From Candidatus Woesearchaeota archaeon (GTDB lineage: Archaea > Nanobdellota > Nanobdellia > Woesearchaeales > JAGWAF01), in assembly GCA_016211165.1 (NCBI GenBank), contig JACQSU010000016.1:1-54283 (forward strand): DNA of 54,283 bases, read 5' to 3'. The notes under the pieces are model-generated. The model made no database searches, had not been told where the DNA came from, and worked only from the letters and a program-made list of their open reading frames with translations. A program made the position numbers and the translations under genes. Below, in pieces: positions 35,013 to 44,730 of this stretch. How positions within the stretch are numbered: the stretch's first letter is position 1; the number at the start of each line of letters is the position of its first letter.

Positions 35013-36128
35013 ATGAGAGGAGAATATGCGCTCTTGGGCGTTGTGTTCCTGGTTTGCACTGCAGGCGCCTTTGCTGAAGAATACGAAGGGACACTTGACT
35101 CAAACAATCCGATGGTGATGTTTGTCATTCCTGTGCAGAATGCACAAGTTGCGAGCATTACTCCGGTGATTGTTCCGCGCAGCATCGCAGGAGAGTATCA
35201 TCTCCGTCTTGAAAAAGAGCCTGGCGTTGTTGTGCGCGAATGGAACGGATCCGTGACGAACTTGCGCCATCGGACCGATTCAGAGAAACTCACAATGGAA
35301 TACAGTCCTGTGGGGCTTGAAGGATCGTTTCGCCTGATTGTGACTTCCTCGGATGCGGCTACTGTACGCGTCGCTGTGGATCGCACCGACGCGTTTGATG
35401 CGAATACATCCGGGGACGCCGACGTTGATCCTGCAATCTTGACCCGTATTGGTCTTGGCAACTACTCGGGACACATCGCAGCGGCAATCGAGCGCCGGGT
35501 CGATGGTGCGCCATTTGATGATGTGTCAGCCTACGTTGACCACGTAGACTGGTACGAATTGACCGCGGCACCAGAAGACAAGAAACTCTTTGTGCAATTG
35601 GGACCACAAACCCGAGGCATCTACGCCATACGAGTCATTGATCCGGAAGGCATACACATCTACAACCAATCAAGCATCTACCCATTTGAGATCATCCAAT
35701 TCACACTTGAATCAAATGGAACACCCTCATTCTTTGTTGAGATTGGAGCGCCGAATGCAAGCGGCGGGGGGCACTATGTCATGTCGATCTCTGAACACGA
35801 CCGCAATGAACCGCTTGAAGTGATTGCACGAGCCCGCGCAGTTCTGATCTCACCGCTTAGCACGATTCCCCAAGAAGAAGGCGCCTGGCAACGATTCTGG
35901 CACGTCATGATTATTGCAATCCTTGGCATGATGGGAGTTGCGATGGCATCTGCATACCACTTTGGCAAACGCGTACCACAGATGCGCACGGTGAAAACCA
36001 CTTCGGAGTACATCAAGCAGTCGCTTGACGCAGGATATAGTTCAGAACAGATCGAGGCATCGCTGCGCGCGTATGGATATCCTGATGCGCTTATTCGGCA
36101 AGGATTTGAGAAACAAAGAGGGGTGTAG
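35013..36128 (+). CDS. Secreted protein with C-terminal TM anchor and short cytoplasmic tail
   Basis: Signal peptide (LLGVVFLVCTAGAFA), beta-rich ectodomain, TM helix VMIIAILGMMGVAMASAY. No recognised family. Confidence 0.7.
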   Translation: MRGEYALLGVVFLVCTAGAFAEEYEGTLDSNNPMVMFVIPVQNAQVASITPVIVPRSIAGEYHLRLEKEPGVVVREWNGSVTNLRHRTDSEKLTMEYSPVGLEGSFRLIVTSSDAATVRVAVDRTDAFDANTSGDADVDPAILTRIGLGNYSGHIAAAIERRVDGAPFDDVSAYVDHVDWYELTAAPEDKKLFVQLGPQTRGIYAIRVIDPEGIHIYNQSSIYPFEIIQFTLESNGTPSFFVEIGAPNASGGGHYVMSISEHDRNEPLEVIARARAVLISPLSTIPQEEGAWQRFWHVMIIAILGMMGVAMASAYHFGKRVPQMRTVKTTSEYIKQSLDAGYSSEQIEASLRAYGYPDALIRQGFEKQRGV

Positions 36129-36148
36129 CCCCTCTTTGAAACACCCCC
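36115..36148 (+). repeat. Family-A palindromic repeat overlapping gene 3' end
   Basis: aaagaggggtgtagcccctctttgaaacaccccc encodes the last residues (KQRGV*) of 35013-36128. Confidence 0.8.
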
Positions 36149-36172
36149 TTACAAACGACCTGAAGAAATCGT

Positions 36173-36224
36173 TTATAGCTGGTTCATTAACAAAAGTTCC
36201 ATTATATAATGAACTGGCTATAAG
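36173..36224 (-). mobile_element. Family-C MITE-like element (52 bp), preceded by a family-B half-site (gaaatcgtttat)
   Basis: ttatagctggttcatta-acaaaagttccattatata-atgaactggctataag. The 15-bp arms pair fully if two G-U pairs are allowed. It lies between convergent gene ends. Confidence 0.7.
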
Positions 36225-36254
36225 TCCCGACCCAAGGGAGGGACATTAAGCACC

Positions 36255-36608
36255 TTATTTCTCCACTTTGTATTCAACATCGATCGCATCAGGATGACGC
36301 TTTTTTGGCCGCTTGACCATCGAGAGGAGTTTGCCCAAGATGTTGCCGCCGATGATTCCTGTGAGAGCTCCCGTGATTGTTGTTAGGCGAATGATAATCA
36401 CCAATGCAGTCTGGACAAAAACATAGGTGATAAGGATCTTGACAAAGAGACTGATAGCAGAGCCTGCCCCAATATAAGAAGCAAGCAAACCGCCTAGTTG
36501 CCAACCTAAGTACACACATAGGACCATGCCAACAATAGATCCTGCGATAATTCCAAGCAGGAGACCAACACCTGGAGCACCCCTCGCTTGTGGTTTGTGA
36601 TACTGCAT
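36255..36608 (-). CDS. Small integral membrane protein (117 aa)
   Basis: Three or four G/A/I-rich hydrophobic helices and a basic C-terminal tail. The start lies 1 nt after the upstream stop codon. Confidence 0.6.
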   Translation of the reverse strand: MQYHKPQARGAPGVGLLLGIIAGSIVGMVLCVYLGWQLGGLLASYIGAGSAISLFVKILITYVFVQTALVIIIRLTTITGALTGIIGGNILGKLLSMVKRPKKRHPDAIDVEYKVEK

Positions 36609-36609
36609 C

Positions 36610-37260
36610 TTAGTCCAACCCCAACGATTTTAGTTTTCGATGAAGCGTCTCATAACGCAACCCGATCTTCTTTGCAATCTCTGCAGTCCTTCCCTTATAG
36701 ATGAGAAGCACCTGTTCAAAATACCTTCGTTCGAATTCTTGCTCTGCTACTGCAAGTGGAATATGAATATCTGGCAATTCTCTCACAATATCTTTTGAGA
36801 GTGAGGTTGAGTCGTTGTAAAACTTCGAGAGACGATCCGCATTGATGACTTGCTTGTAATTATCCAATGTCCTTGTGATGATCTCATTGACGGCTGTCTG
36901 TTTGATATACGCGGGACGCAAGAGCACTTTGCGGAACTGCTCAAGATCAATTCTGTGATGCGCAATAAGACGATGAATGGACCTGCGATCAAGACCGCTA
37001 TTCTCTGCGGCGGCAGACACATTACCAAAATGAGATCGCAACACTTTCATCACATATTGTCGCTTAAACTCATCCTTTGCTTTTTTGAACAGTAAATTTG
37101 GATCGATAACAAAATCAATAAGTGGCGAGCGTTTGATCTGATCGGTGATGTCTTTTTCTATCTCTTTAACCGTGATACCAAGATATTTGTGCATCGCTGT
37201 GTCTAAGAGCGGCTTGATCTTGTCTTGGACTACGATGTCGAGGGAGTGGTTTAGGGTCAT
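36610..37260 (-). CDS. DNA-binding protein with two tandem Fis-type (HTH_8) helix-turn-helix modules
   Basis: EFKRQYVMKVLRSHFGNVSAAAENSGLDRRSIHRLI and EFERRYFEQVLLIYKGRTAEIAKKIGLRYETLHRKLKSLGL both match the NtrC/Fis C-terminal HTH pattern. Confidence 0.7.
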   Translation of the reverse strand: MTLNHSLDIVVQDKIKPLLDTAMHKYLGITVKEIEKDITDQIKRSPLIDFVIDPNLLFKKAKDEFKRQYVMKVLRSHFGNVSAAAENSGLDRRSIHRLIAHHRIDLEQFRKVLLRPAYIKQTAVNEIITRTLDNYKQVINADRLSKFYNDSTSLSKDIVRELPDIHIPLAVAEQEFERRYFEQVLLIYKGRTAEIAKKIGLRYETLHRKLKSLGLD

Positions 37261-37326
37261 TGGTCGTAGCTCGACGGCAATACCGTCAGCTATGACTTTT
37301 ATGTCTCAGTTAGTTAAAAAGGTTGT

Positions 37327-37360
37327 GAAAAAGAGTGGAGAGACTCCTCTTTTGAACTCC
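37327..37360 (+). repeat. Family-A palindromic repeat (degenerate), followed by a second weaker copy to ~37387
   Basis: gaaaaagagtggagagactcctcttttgaactcc, then aaagcggggttccacccctccgcc. Confidence 0.65.
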
Positions 37361-37387
37361 TAGAAAGCGGGGTTCCACCCCTCCGCC

Positions 37388-37435
37388 AAAAACGTTCAAG
37401 ATCCAGAGCAAAGCGAGGGATCATTAAACGTTTTT
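37388..37435. repeat. Family-B-like hairpin overlapping the 3' end of 37396-38232
   Basis: aaaaacgttcaagatcc-agagcaaagcgag-ggatcattaaacgttttt. The loop resembles the other family-B loops. It encodes the last ~13 residues of the membrane protein. Confidence 0.6.
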
Positions 37436-38232
37436 ACGGATTCAATCATCAACACCCGACCATAGGCATACGCAGGCAGAACAAGGAGGATCAGACCATA
37501 GGTGAGCCAGAGAGAGATACCAAGCGCAAGGGACGTCAACACGTTCGCAAGCACGATAATCACAAGATTGGCGGCATACGCCACCAGGGACGCTCGCCAA
37601 TGACTGACCAGCACCGAGATATAATCACGCCACCTATGCAATGACGGGATCGACGCGTATCCAAGAACGGTCAAATAAAAGACGACAATGACACCGATAA
37701 GACTCACATAGCCCAACAGATCAGAGGACGGCACCATAAAGCCATTGTTTAACACGGCTCCAATATTGCCAACGACCGCAAACATCACCAACAAGGAGAC
37801 ACACGCAAGGAATGTGATGAGCACGAACCTCCTAGAGAATCTCGCAATCGAGATCTTGGATTTGGCCATCCTATGCGCCACGCACCACGCAACGCCCTGT
37901 AAGAGCACCCACGCGGCAAGTACTGACACAAACATCACACCCAATGCTGCCATCAACTCGCCATACGCCTCCATAAAGCGCGTCTGAACTGAACCAGGCT
38001 GCAAATCATTCAATACCAGACTCCCAGAGATATCCTGTATCTCTTTTATTGGAGCAGCAACTGCCTGAAATGTAAGAAGCAAGACGTACGAGACAATGAG
38101 AAGGAACGCAAGATCAAAGATGACCGAGACTCCCAGCAGTTTCCAGGACGAGGAGACATGCTTCCACGAAGATGAGAACATGTTCTGAAATTGCTTTGGT
38201 TGTATTGATTGCTCTTTGTGTTGTGTTTTCAT
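37396..38232 (-). CDS. Polytopic membrane protein (about six TM helices), third gene of the giant-protein operon
   Basis: ATG 38232 lies 9 nt after the giant gene's TAG, and a GTG at 38241 abuts it. Six long hydrophobic helices. No recognised family. Confidence 0.75.
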   Translation of the reverse strand: MKTQHKEQSIQPKQFQNMFSSSWKHVSSSWKLLGVSVIFDLAFLLIVSYVLLLTFQAVAAPIKEIQDISGSLVLNDLQPGSVQTRFMEAYGELMAALGVMFVSVLAAWVLLQGVAWCVAHRMAKSKISIARFSRRFVLITFLACVSLLVMFAVVGNIGAVLNNGFMVPSSDLLGYVSLIGVIVVFYLTVLGYASIPSLHRWRDYISVLVSHWRASLVAYAANLVIIVLANVLTSLALGISLWLTYGLILLVLPAYAYGRVLMIESVKTFNDPSLCSGS

Positions 38233-38241
38233 TGTGTTCAC

Positions 38242-41200
38242 CTATTCTGGAGGGTCTCCTTCTATCGAAAGAATGATTGCCTTGCGTCCACCCTGATCAA
38301 TGAGCCGGTCAAACGCTTGAGATTCGGTGCCTTGATTCCCAGCGTACAAATCAACGTGACAGCCACCTTCTCGTGATGCTCGACGCATCGCAGCGCCCGT
38401 ATCCTCAACACGATACCATCCCGTCAGAGGATGCGGGGCTCCACCAACAGAATCAAATCGGACATAGATCCACTGGCCACGTTTAAGAATACATCCAGAA
38501 ACTCCGGTCACTAGATTTGCAGCAGCTGTTCTAAATCTCGTTGGCATGTAGCCTCCTGGCAACAGGACTCGACTCGTCGCAAGCGGCGTACTCTCCGACT
38601 CGGTCAGAGCGATGGTCTCGTAGGTATACATCTTCCCATTGCATACTCCATGTCCTTCGCAGACCACTGCCTCATAGAACCCTTTGTCTCTCACGGCGCA
38701 CGCCGCGATGCCTGATAATCGGTGGCGTTGCGTCGACCACGCCTTGCTCTTATCACAGGTAGCTTGATGATACTCGGTGATCCTTGCGTCGGGTGAGATG
38801 GTCTGGAATGTGCCTGGCGTGGGAGCAGGACGACTAAAGAATTCGGCACTGGCAGGCTCAACTTCCGGACCCACAACATCGCGTGGGTTTGAGATGCCGC
38901 GTTCTGAAACCCCGGCATCCTCACCTGCCTCGGTTTCGATCCTTCTTGCCTCTGCCTCCTCTGGACTCACGCACTCATTCTTTGCGTCCTGCATGACAAG
39001 ACAGATCTCATCGGTGTTACAAAAGATTTTCTCACCGCACAGACAACCATCACGCGTCGTGATCTCATTTGGAAGACAGTGCCCTTTGGTGCCGAGTTCA
39101 ACCTCGGTATGGCATTTGCCATCCACACATACAATACCCTGCGTATTGCGCAGGGGACCGCCGCAGTTTCGGGGATCCTTTCGATCAGATGCTCTAAGGA
39201 CTTCCTCGCGTTTGGGGAAACAATAGCACCCAGACACTGCACTGCGCAGATTCTGATTCTCCCTGCACTCGCCAGCGACCTTGCCTTCCTCGCCTCGATA
39301 ATCCTTTGCACACACCACCTGGAAGTCGATTCGCTCACGTTGCGTCTTACCTTGGACCAAGGCGACTGTTGGACTTGGATCAAAATTATTGCCCTTGCCA
39401 GACTCAATATCATGAATCTGGAATGTCGCAAACCACGTCTCAGGAGTTCTGGACGGATTATTCGGATCGCATAGGGATGTCAGGACGCCAAGATTCTCTG
39501 TCGGACCAACCTGGATGTCAACCTGGGGATTGGGATCAGCAAAGAGGCTTTCGGAGAGCTGGATGCTAAGACCAAGGCTATTGACAATCTGCCTACCTTC
39601 AACCCGGCACACATTCCCTGTTGCACGCGGATCGCCCTGCAGTGACGGACGAAGGACGATGCAAGACCTGGCCTTGGCATCAACACGCAAGATAAACTCC
39701 TCACTGGTCGTCGTCTCCTTACGTTGCGGATCAAGCGTCACGGTCACAAACGAGGCGAGCCGTTCGGGAATCACCTGGTAATTGACCTGTTTCTCCTTTG
39801 CACCCTGACTAAACATCTGCTGATTAAGCACAGTCGGCACTTCAACGACATACCGCTTCTCTCCATTGGTTGAAAGAAGCGCGGATGTATCCGGGGACAC
39901 GACACGCGACAGATCAAGGCCAGAGCCAGCGCCTTGAGGTTCCAAAAGCTCGCCCATATTGCTAAATATTATACCACGATTGCGATTCTCGATCTTGAAA
40001 AGCAGATACTTGCTATGTTCACACACGCCAGTTGAGCAGGCCGCTGTCTCTGGCACACGCTGGATGATGGGCACGGAGAATCGAACGCGATCACCAAGAC
40101 GGAATGTCCCTGCAAATGGATCAGCATACTCCGGCGTCGGCACGCCAGAGAATCGGGCAAAGTACTCGCTAAAGAAATCCACTCCGCAACGAAAGGAATT
40201 TGCCAGGATATCAAAGGCGCAGAAGGCAGGAGGTTCGCCGCCAATCTGCTCAATTGCACACTCCTTTTTGCCCTGCTGGATCTTCCCATCCTTATCACGA
40301 TAACTATACTCAATCTCTGCTTGATCATAACGGTACGGCGATTGGATGTTCTGGAAAATCTCACCCTTCTCTGATAGGCTCTCAAATTGGCGCAATTGAC
40401 CAGATGAAACCACTTGCTTTTTCTCGCCAAGCTTGTCACAGTCACACGTTGAATCCTTATAGCCATTCCTTGGATCGCAGAATGGACCTTGCGAACACTT
40501 GAGATTGACGGTGTATGTCACATCGGATCCTGCGAAGATATCTGCGCCAATGTGATAATTGAATGTTGTAAGCCCTTGATTTGCAGAATCAAATGTGAGG
40601 AAGCGACGCTCGCAGGGCAAGAGGTACGGTTGGGAGTCAACAGGAATGTTTGCGATCTCAGTTGTTGCAAGGGCGTCGACGTTGAGGTCCCACGTACCTG
40701 TAAACGCAAAGAGGCAGATACTATTGACAAGCTTTTGCTCGGTAAATGCTGCCTTGTATGCAGGAGAGTTTCCATAACGACCTTGCAAGGATTGCTGGAC
40801 ACTCGTACCTGCTCGTGTGAGCGATGCGCCCACATTGCCAATGCCGCCGAATATTGAGCTGTCGGGTCGGCCTGCAGCGAAGTCGTAGCGCTTGATGTAA
40901 CACTTGAGGAACAAGTGGATGGCATCGCATACGTACCGCGAGAGCACTGCATTACACACGCCAGGAGCGCCATTGCCAGTAGCAAGAATCTTTGCAAAAC
41001 AATTCTTCACCGCAGTAAGCTGGCCCTTCCAGAGTTTGAGATGTGTGGTAATTCCTGGAAGGCATGCGCATTTGACACTTGTTGCAAGATCCTCTGCAGG
41101 ATTCACAATAAAGTCACGATCGCCAACACCAATTCGGTTCTTGATCTCATCATACACCTGCTTTGCCGTCGATGGGTTGCAGTTGAGGATGTTTGGCACA

Positions 41201-44200
41201 TACCTTTTTGTGACCGGGTCTTCCTGTGCGCTGCACAGCTCCCCAAGCCACTCCCGCGCACGATAGACAGGAGGCGCACCAGGAGTCTCGGACTTAAAGA
41301 AACGCTCAAGACCCATCTGCCCATCAGGGATGAATGCCATGTCTTGGATCACTTGTGTCTCAGCTTCGATGCGCGCACGCTCGGTCGGATCGGTCGGAAG
41401 CAGTTCTGGCAGGTCTGCAAGACGGGCACGTTCGATCAGATATCCCCTGCGAATTGTCAACTCCTGATCAGGACCTGGCGGCAGGACACGGATATAGACT
41501 TGACGATTCTTGATAACCGGCGAGAGCTTTCCTTCTGATGGATCAGCGCCGCCGGTGAGTACTTGATTATCCATCCGCGAATCAAATTCACGCTTCTCTT
41601 CAACATTGCGCGACACGCGAATAGACTCGCCAATAGTCACACCCAACTCTTCTTCACGCGACTGGATCTTCTTGTTACGCTCATCAAAGAGCTCATCAAG
41701 CGACTTGCGCTGCTCGGTGCTCAAATCGCCATACATAAAGGGGGTTGTAATAAGATCGCCTTTGAATGCGCCACCTTGTGAGCAGAAACCCGCGTTCTGA
41801 TTACGCACACTTGGCTTTGGAGAACATCCCGGAACTGTACGAATCAGTTCAGAGTCCTGCGTCTGACGTGCAGCAAGGCACAGGGACTGTCGAAGCTCGT
41901 AGTTCTCTTCAGTGATTGAGCAGACGCTCTCCCATTCCTTGTTGTACTCGTATGCGCAACAATTCGGATTGTGCGGGTGCAAACTTGCGCAATTCACTTT
42001 GTCAGTCTGCGAGAAGCCTGCGGAATCTTTTATTGCAGCTTGAGGAAACCCAGCATCCTGTTCTGGCTTGTCTGCTTTGTGCTCCTTAAACTGCTCATAC
42101 AGATCGCCAAGCGAGAGTTTACCAGACGTTTCACTTTTCTTGAACTCTGAGAACACGATATTCTTTGATGCACAATCAGACCCAATAGGAATGGGCTCGC
42201 GCAAGCTTTCTACCCTGCGCTCCTTGATTGGACGAGCCTGGGCATCCCGGATGTATCGCTGGAGGCTCGGGGCACTTGGACAGAAGACGCGATCACAGAA
42301 CCATTTGAGCTGACGAAAGAGATCCTGACGCTCCGTGATCTTTTTTTGACACGCCACGCACTGATCATGACTCACTTGGAACTGGTCACCTGTATACACC
42401 GCATCGCACATACCTGATTGCGCGATCGCTGGATCAAAACCGCCACCACCAGCAGCACCAAGAACACCTGCACCTTCACAACTTGCCTGCTCTGCAACCT
42501 CTTGGAAGAAGGTGACATAAAAACCTAGAAGGCAGGTGTAGAACACGACATTAAAGACAGTCTGCACTGGCTTGAGAATGGCATCAATTGCATCAACAAG
42601 CTTTCCAAAGAGCTCCACACTCCCCTTAAGAAATGCATTTGGCAAGACATCAGGATTGATTCTGCGATCAATGCCGATCTCTGCCGTGATACATTGCTTA
42701 AAGATACCACGCTCGATGCGCACTTCGCTTTCGATTCCAGTCACTGCCTGTTGGCGGTCTGTCGTTGGAAGGACCTTGTCGTACTGGATTTCCAGAAGAA
42801 GCGGAACTTTGTAGCACCCAAATCCAGGAACAAGGCACTCCCCCTTGCGATGATTTGAGATATTCTGCTCCTGCGGGAATGCCGGTGGATTGATTCGCAG
42901 TTCAAGATACGCCTTGTTAAGTTTCTTCTGATCAAGACGAATGCTTGGCGTAACATCCGAGTCGAACTTTTTCTCTTCTTCTCTTGAGAGCGCTCGACGA
43001 TGTACACTTACGCGAACACCTTCTGCTTGGCCTTGATCTTGGTATTTGAGGTCAAGGTTGAGCCCCACAACACCAAAACCATCCAAGATCAGTTTTGGAA
43101 TGAGCGTATCTGGACTGGGTTTACCCACACTCACTTGCCAGCCACTGCCAAAGCCGCAGATTGCGTATGTCACAGGAACTGGCCCGACTTCGACAGTGAG
43201 ACCCACTTGATCAACTGCTTGGATCTTGATATTATTCTCAGAGCCAATGCCTGTTGTTCCTGCACCACCTGTTGTCAGAGCGTCTGTTTCCGAGATATCA
43301 AATGTGAGATTGCGTAAAAGACGTATGTCTGCTTCAAATGAACCATCTTCACTTGTGGTGACAAAAGTCTGCGGCTTATTCATATCATTGACAAAGATCA
43401 GCACATTGGCTTTCTCACTGATCTTGCCACGCACTTTCACATCCTGCGTATAGCTTGGCGAGATGCCATCAAGATTATGCTCCAAAATAACCGGAGGCGT
43501 GCGATCACTAAGGATACTACGCTCGATTGTCGCCTTGTTTCCTGCCTTATCTGTGACAAGGATCGTAAAGGAGTTCTGTCCTTCCTGCAAGGCAATGGGC
43601 TGGACAAATGATGCATCAGTTTCTATACGAAAGAGCGCAGTCTTACATGAAAATTGTGGCTTTTGGACTGCGGGAGACAACGCAATAGGACTTGGACTTG
43701 AAGGCGTCGCGATGTCCACACTATCACTTTGCGGGCCAGGATTGCACGCGCGATCAATCGCCTGGACCCGGTACTTGTAGGTCTTGTCTGGTTCGAGATT
43801 GTTGTCAATAAATGTTGACGCTTGACTCACACCGATGAGCGCATCATCACGAAAGATGCCGTACTCGAGAAGGTCTTGTTCTTCACCTGCCGTCCATAAG
43901 AGTGTAGCAGAGGCTGGAGTTATTGACGTGATCGCAAGACCCTTGACACGCTCCGGAGGAATCGCATCACCAGAAATCTTGCCAAAGATCTCGATGATCG
44001 CGGGCTCACTGACGCGGCCTGCAAGAGTCACTTGTCCTGTTGTGCTAATCGCGGATGTGTTCGCAAGATCAAGAATCGGAGGTTGAGAATCGACAAGGAT
44101 AATAGTCTCTGCTGTGACAATATTGTGGCCCTTGTCCTCAGCTTCTATCCGAATCGTGTTCCTCGGACGCGGCAGGATTACGCCACGAAATGTCACGGTG

Positions 44201-44730
44201 CCGGACGGATTAGACGATGGTTGAGCTATTCTGTTAAGCGAGTTCTCCACAAAGACACGAACCTGCGCACGGGGCTCTGTGGTCACGATGATATCCGCAC
44301 TCTGGGTTCGCGTGTATGTCGGAGCAGAGAGATTAATTGTTGGAGGAATCGTGTCCGGTCCTGCTGTGAAGCGCTCACCAGACTTTGTCACACAGGACCC
44401 TTGCGCATCGCATGCCATTGCTTCAAAGGAGTAATTCTTGCCAGCCTCGGTCACCAGATCAAGACGATGGCTCTTTGCGAATTGGTCTTGGGTGATATGT
44501 TGCGAGAGTTCGACTTCTCCATAACGGATCGTCGCATTGGCTGGAGTGTCTGTTAGGATGTCAATACCTGTGCTGGTTTCCTTAAACTCGGCGATCGTGA
44601 GATTGTCAATGCGCAAGGCATACGCGATGTCAATAGGGAGGAGAACGATCAACATCATAAGGACTATGGAGACCGCCTGCTGCGTTGTTCCCTGAAAAAA
44701 CGAGGCGTAGCCGAGTTTTTTTTGCATCAT
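38242..44730 (-). CDS. Giant (2,162 aa) cysteine-rich surface protein: N-terminal anchor, Ig-like/FN3 array, unassigned Cys-rich core, C-terminal MltA/3D-like domain
   Basis: Single uninterrupted ORF. Hydrophobic N-terminus (AVSIVLMMLIVLLPIDIAYA). FN3 at aa ~257-343 (LLWTAG..YGIFRD..YKYRVQAIDRACN). Many CxxC/CxC pairs. C-terminal GWYRVEDTGAA..CHVDLYAGN..GRKAIILSI. Confidence 0.9.
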   Translation of the reverse strand: MMQKKLGYASFFQGTTQQAVSIVLMMLIVLLPIDIAYALRIDNLTIAEFKETSTGIDILTDTPANATIRYGEVELSQHITQDQFAKSHRLDLVTEAGKNYSFEAMACDAQGSCVTKSGERFTAGPDTIPPTINLSAPTYTRTQSADIIVTTEPRAQVRVFVENSLNRIAQPSSNPSGTVTFRGVILPRPRNTIRIEAEDKGHNIVTAETIILVDSQPPILDLANTSAISTTGQVTLAGRVSEPAIIEIFGKISGDAIPPERVKGLAITSITPASATLLWTAGEEQDLLEYGIFRDDALIGVSQASTFIDNNLEPDKTYKYRVQAIDRACNPGPQSDSVDIATPSSPSPIALSPAVQKPQFSCKTALFRIETDASFVQPIALQEGQNSFTILVTDKAGNKATIERSILSDRTPPVILEHNLDGISPSYTQDVKVRGKISEKANVLIFVNDMNKPQTFVTTSEDGSFEADIRLLRNLTFDISETDALTTGGAGTTGIGSENNIKIQAVDQVGLTVEVGPVPVTYAICGFGSGWQVSVGKPSPDTLIPKLILDGFGVVGLNLDLKYQDQGQAEGVRVSVHRRALSREEEKKFDSDVTPSIRLDQKKLNKAYLELRINPPAFPQEQNISNHRKGECLVPGFGCYKVPLLLEIQYDKVLPTTDRQQAVTGIESEVRIERGIFKQCITAEIGIDRRINPDVLPNAFLKGSVELFGKLVDAIDAILKPVQTVFNVVFYTCLLGFYVTFFQEVAEQASCEGAGVLGAAGGGGFDPAIAQSGMCDAVYTGDQFQVSHDQCVACQKKITERQDLFRQLKWFCDRVFCPSAPSLQRYIRDAQARPIKERRVESLREPIPIGSDCASKNIVFSEFKKSETSGKLSLGDLYEQFKEHKADKPEQDAGFPQAAIKDSAGFSQTDKVNCASLHPHNPNCCAYEYNKEWESVCSITEENYELRQSLCLAARQTQDSELIRTVPGCSPKPSVRNQNAGFCSQGGAFKGDLITTPFMYGDLSTEQRKSLDELFDERNKKIQSREEELGVTIGESIRVSRNVEEKREFDSRMDNQVLTGGADPSEGKLSPVIKNRQVYIRVLPPGPDQELTIRRGYLIERARLADLPELLPTDPTERARIEAETQVIQDMAFIPDGQMGLERFFKSETPGAPPVYRAREWLGELCSAQEDPVTKRYVPNILNCNPSTAKQVYDEIKNRIGVGDRDFIVNPAEDLATSVKCACLPGITTHLKLWKGQLTAVKNCFAKILATGNGAPGVCNAVLSRYVCDAIHLFLKCYIKRYDFAAGRPDSSIFGGIGNVGASLTRAGTSVQQSLQGRYGNSPAYKAAFTEQKLVNSICLFAFTGTWDLNVDALATTEIANIPVDSQPYLLPCERRFLTFDSANQGLTTFNYHIGADIFAGSDVTYTVNLKCSQGPFCDPRNGYKDSTCDCDKLGEKKQVVSSGQLRQFESLSEKGEIFQNIQSPYRYDQAEIEYSYRDKDGKIQQGKKECAIEQIGGEPPAFCAFDILANSFRCGVDFFSEYFARFSGVPTPEYADPFAGTFRLGDRVRFSVPIIQRVPETAACSTGVCEHSKYLLFKIENRNRGIIFSNMGELLEPQGAGSGLDLSRVVSPDTSALLSTNGEKRYVVEVPTVLNQQMFSQGAKEKQVNYQVIPERLASFVTVTLDPQRKETTTSEEFILRVDAKARSCIVLRPSLQGDPRATGNVCRVEGRQIVNSLGLSIQLSESLFADPNPQVDIQVGPTENLGVLTSLCDPNNPSRTPETWFATFQIHDIESGKGNNFDPSPTVALVQGKTQRERIDFQVVCAKDYRGEEGKVAGECRENQNLRSAVSGCYCFPKREEVLRASDRKDPRNCGGPLRNTQGIVCVDGKCHTEVELGTKGHCLPNEITTRDGCLCGEKIFCNTDEICLVMQDAKNECVSPEEAEARRIETEAGEDAGVSERGISNPRDVVGPEVEPASAEFFSRPAPTPGTFQTISPDARITEYHQATCDKSKAWSTQRHRLSGIAACAVRDKGFYEAVVCEGHGVCNGKMYTYETIALTESESTPLATSRVLLPGGYMPTRFRTAAANLVTGVSGCILKRGQWIYVRFDSVGGAPHPLTGWYRVEDTGAAMRRASREGGCHVDLYAGNQGTESQAFDRLIDQGGRKAIILSIEGDPPE

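Noticed and set aside
38541-44556. Dozens of 60-200-aa ORFs in other frames or on the other strand inside the giant gene (for example 39969-40466, 40518-40997, 40915-41538, 44032-44556)
   Set aside because: All are nested in the 6.5-kb uninterrupted frame. None has independent start signals or motifs.
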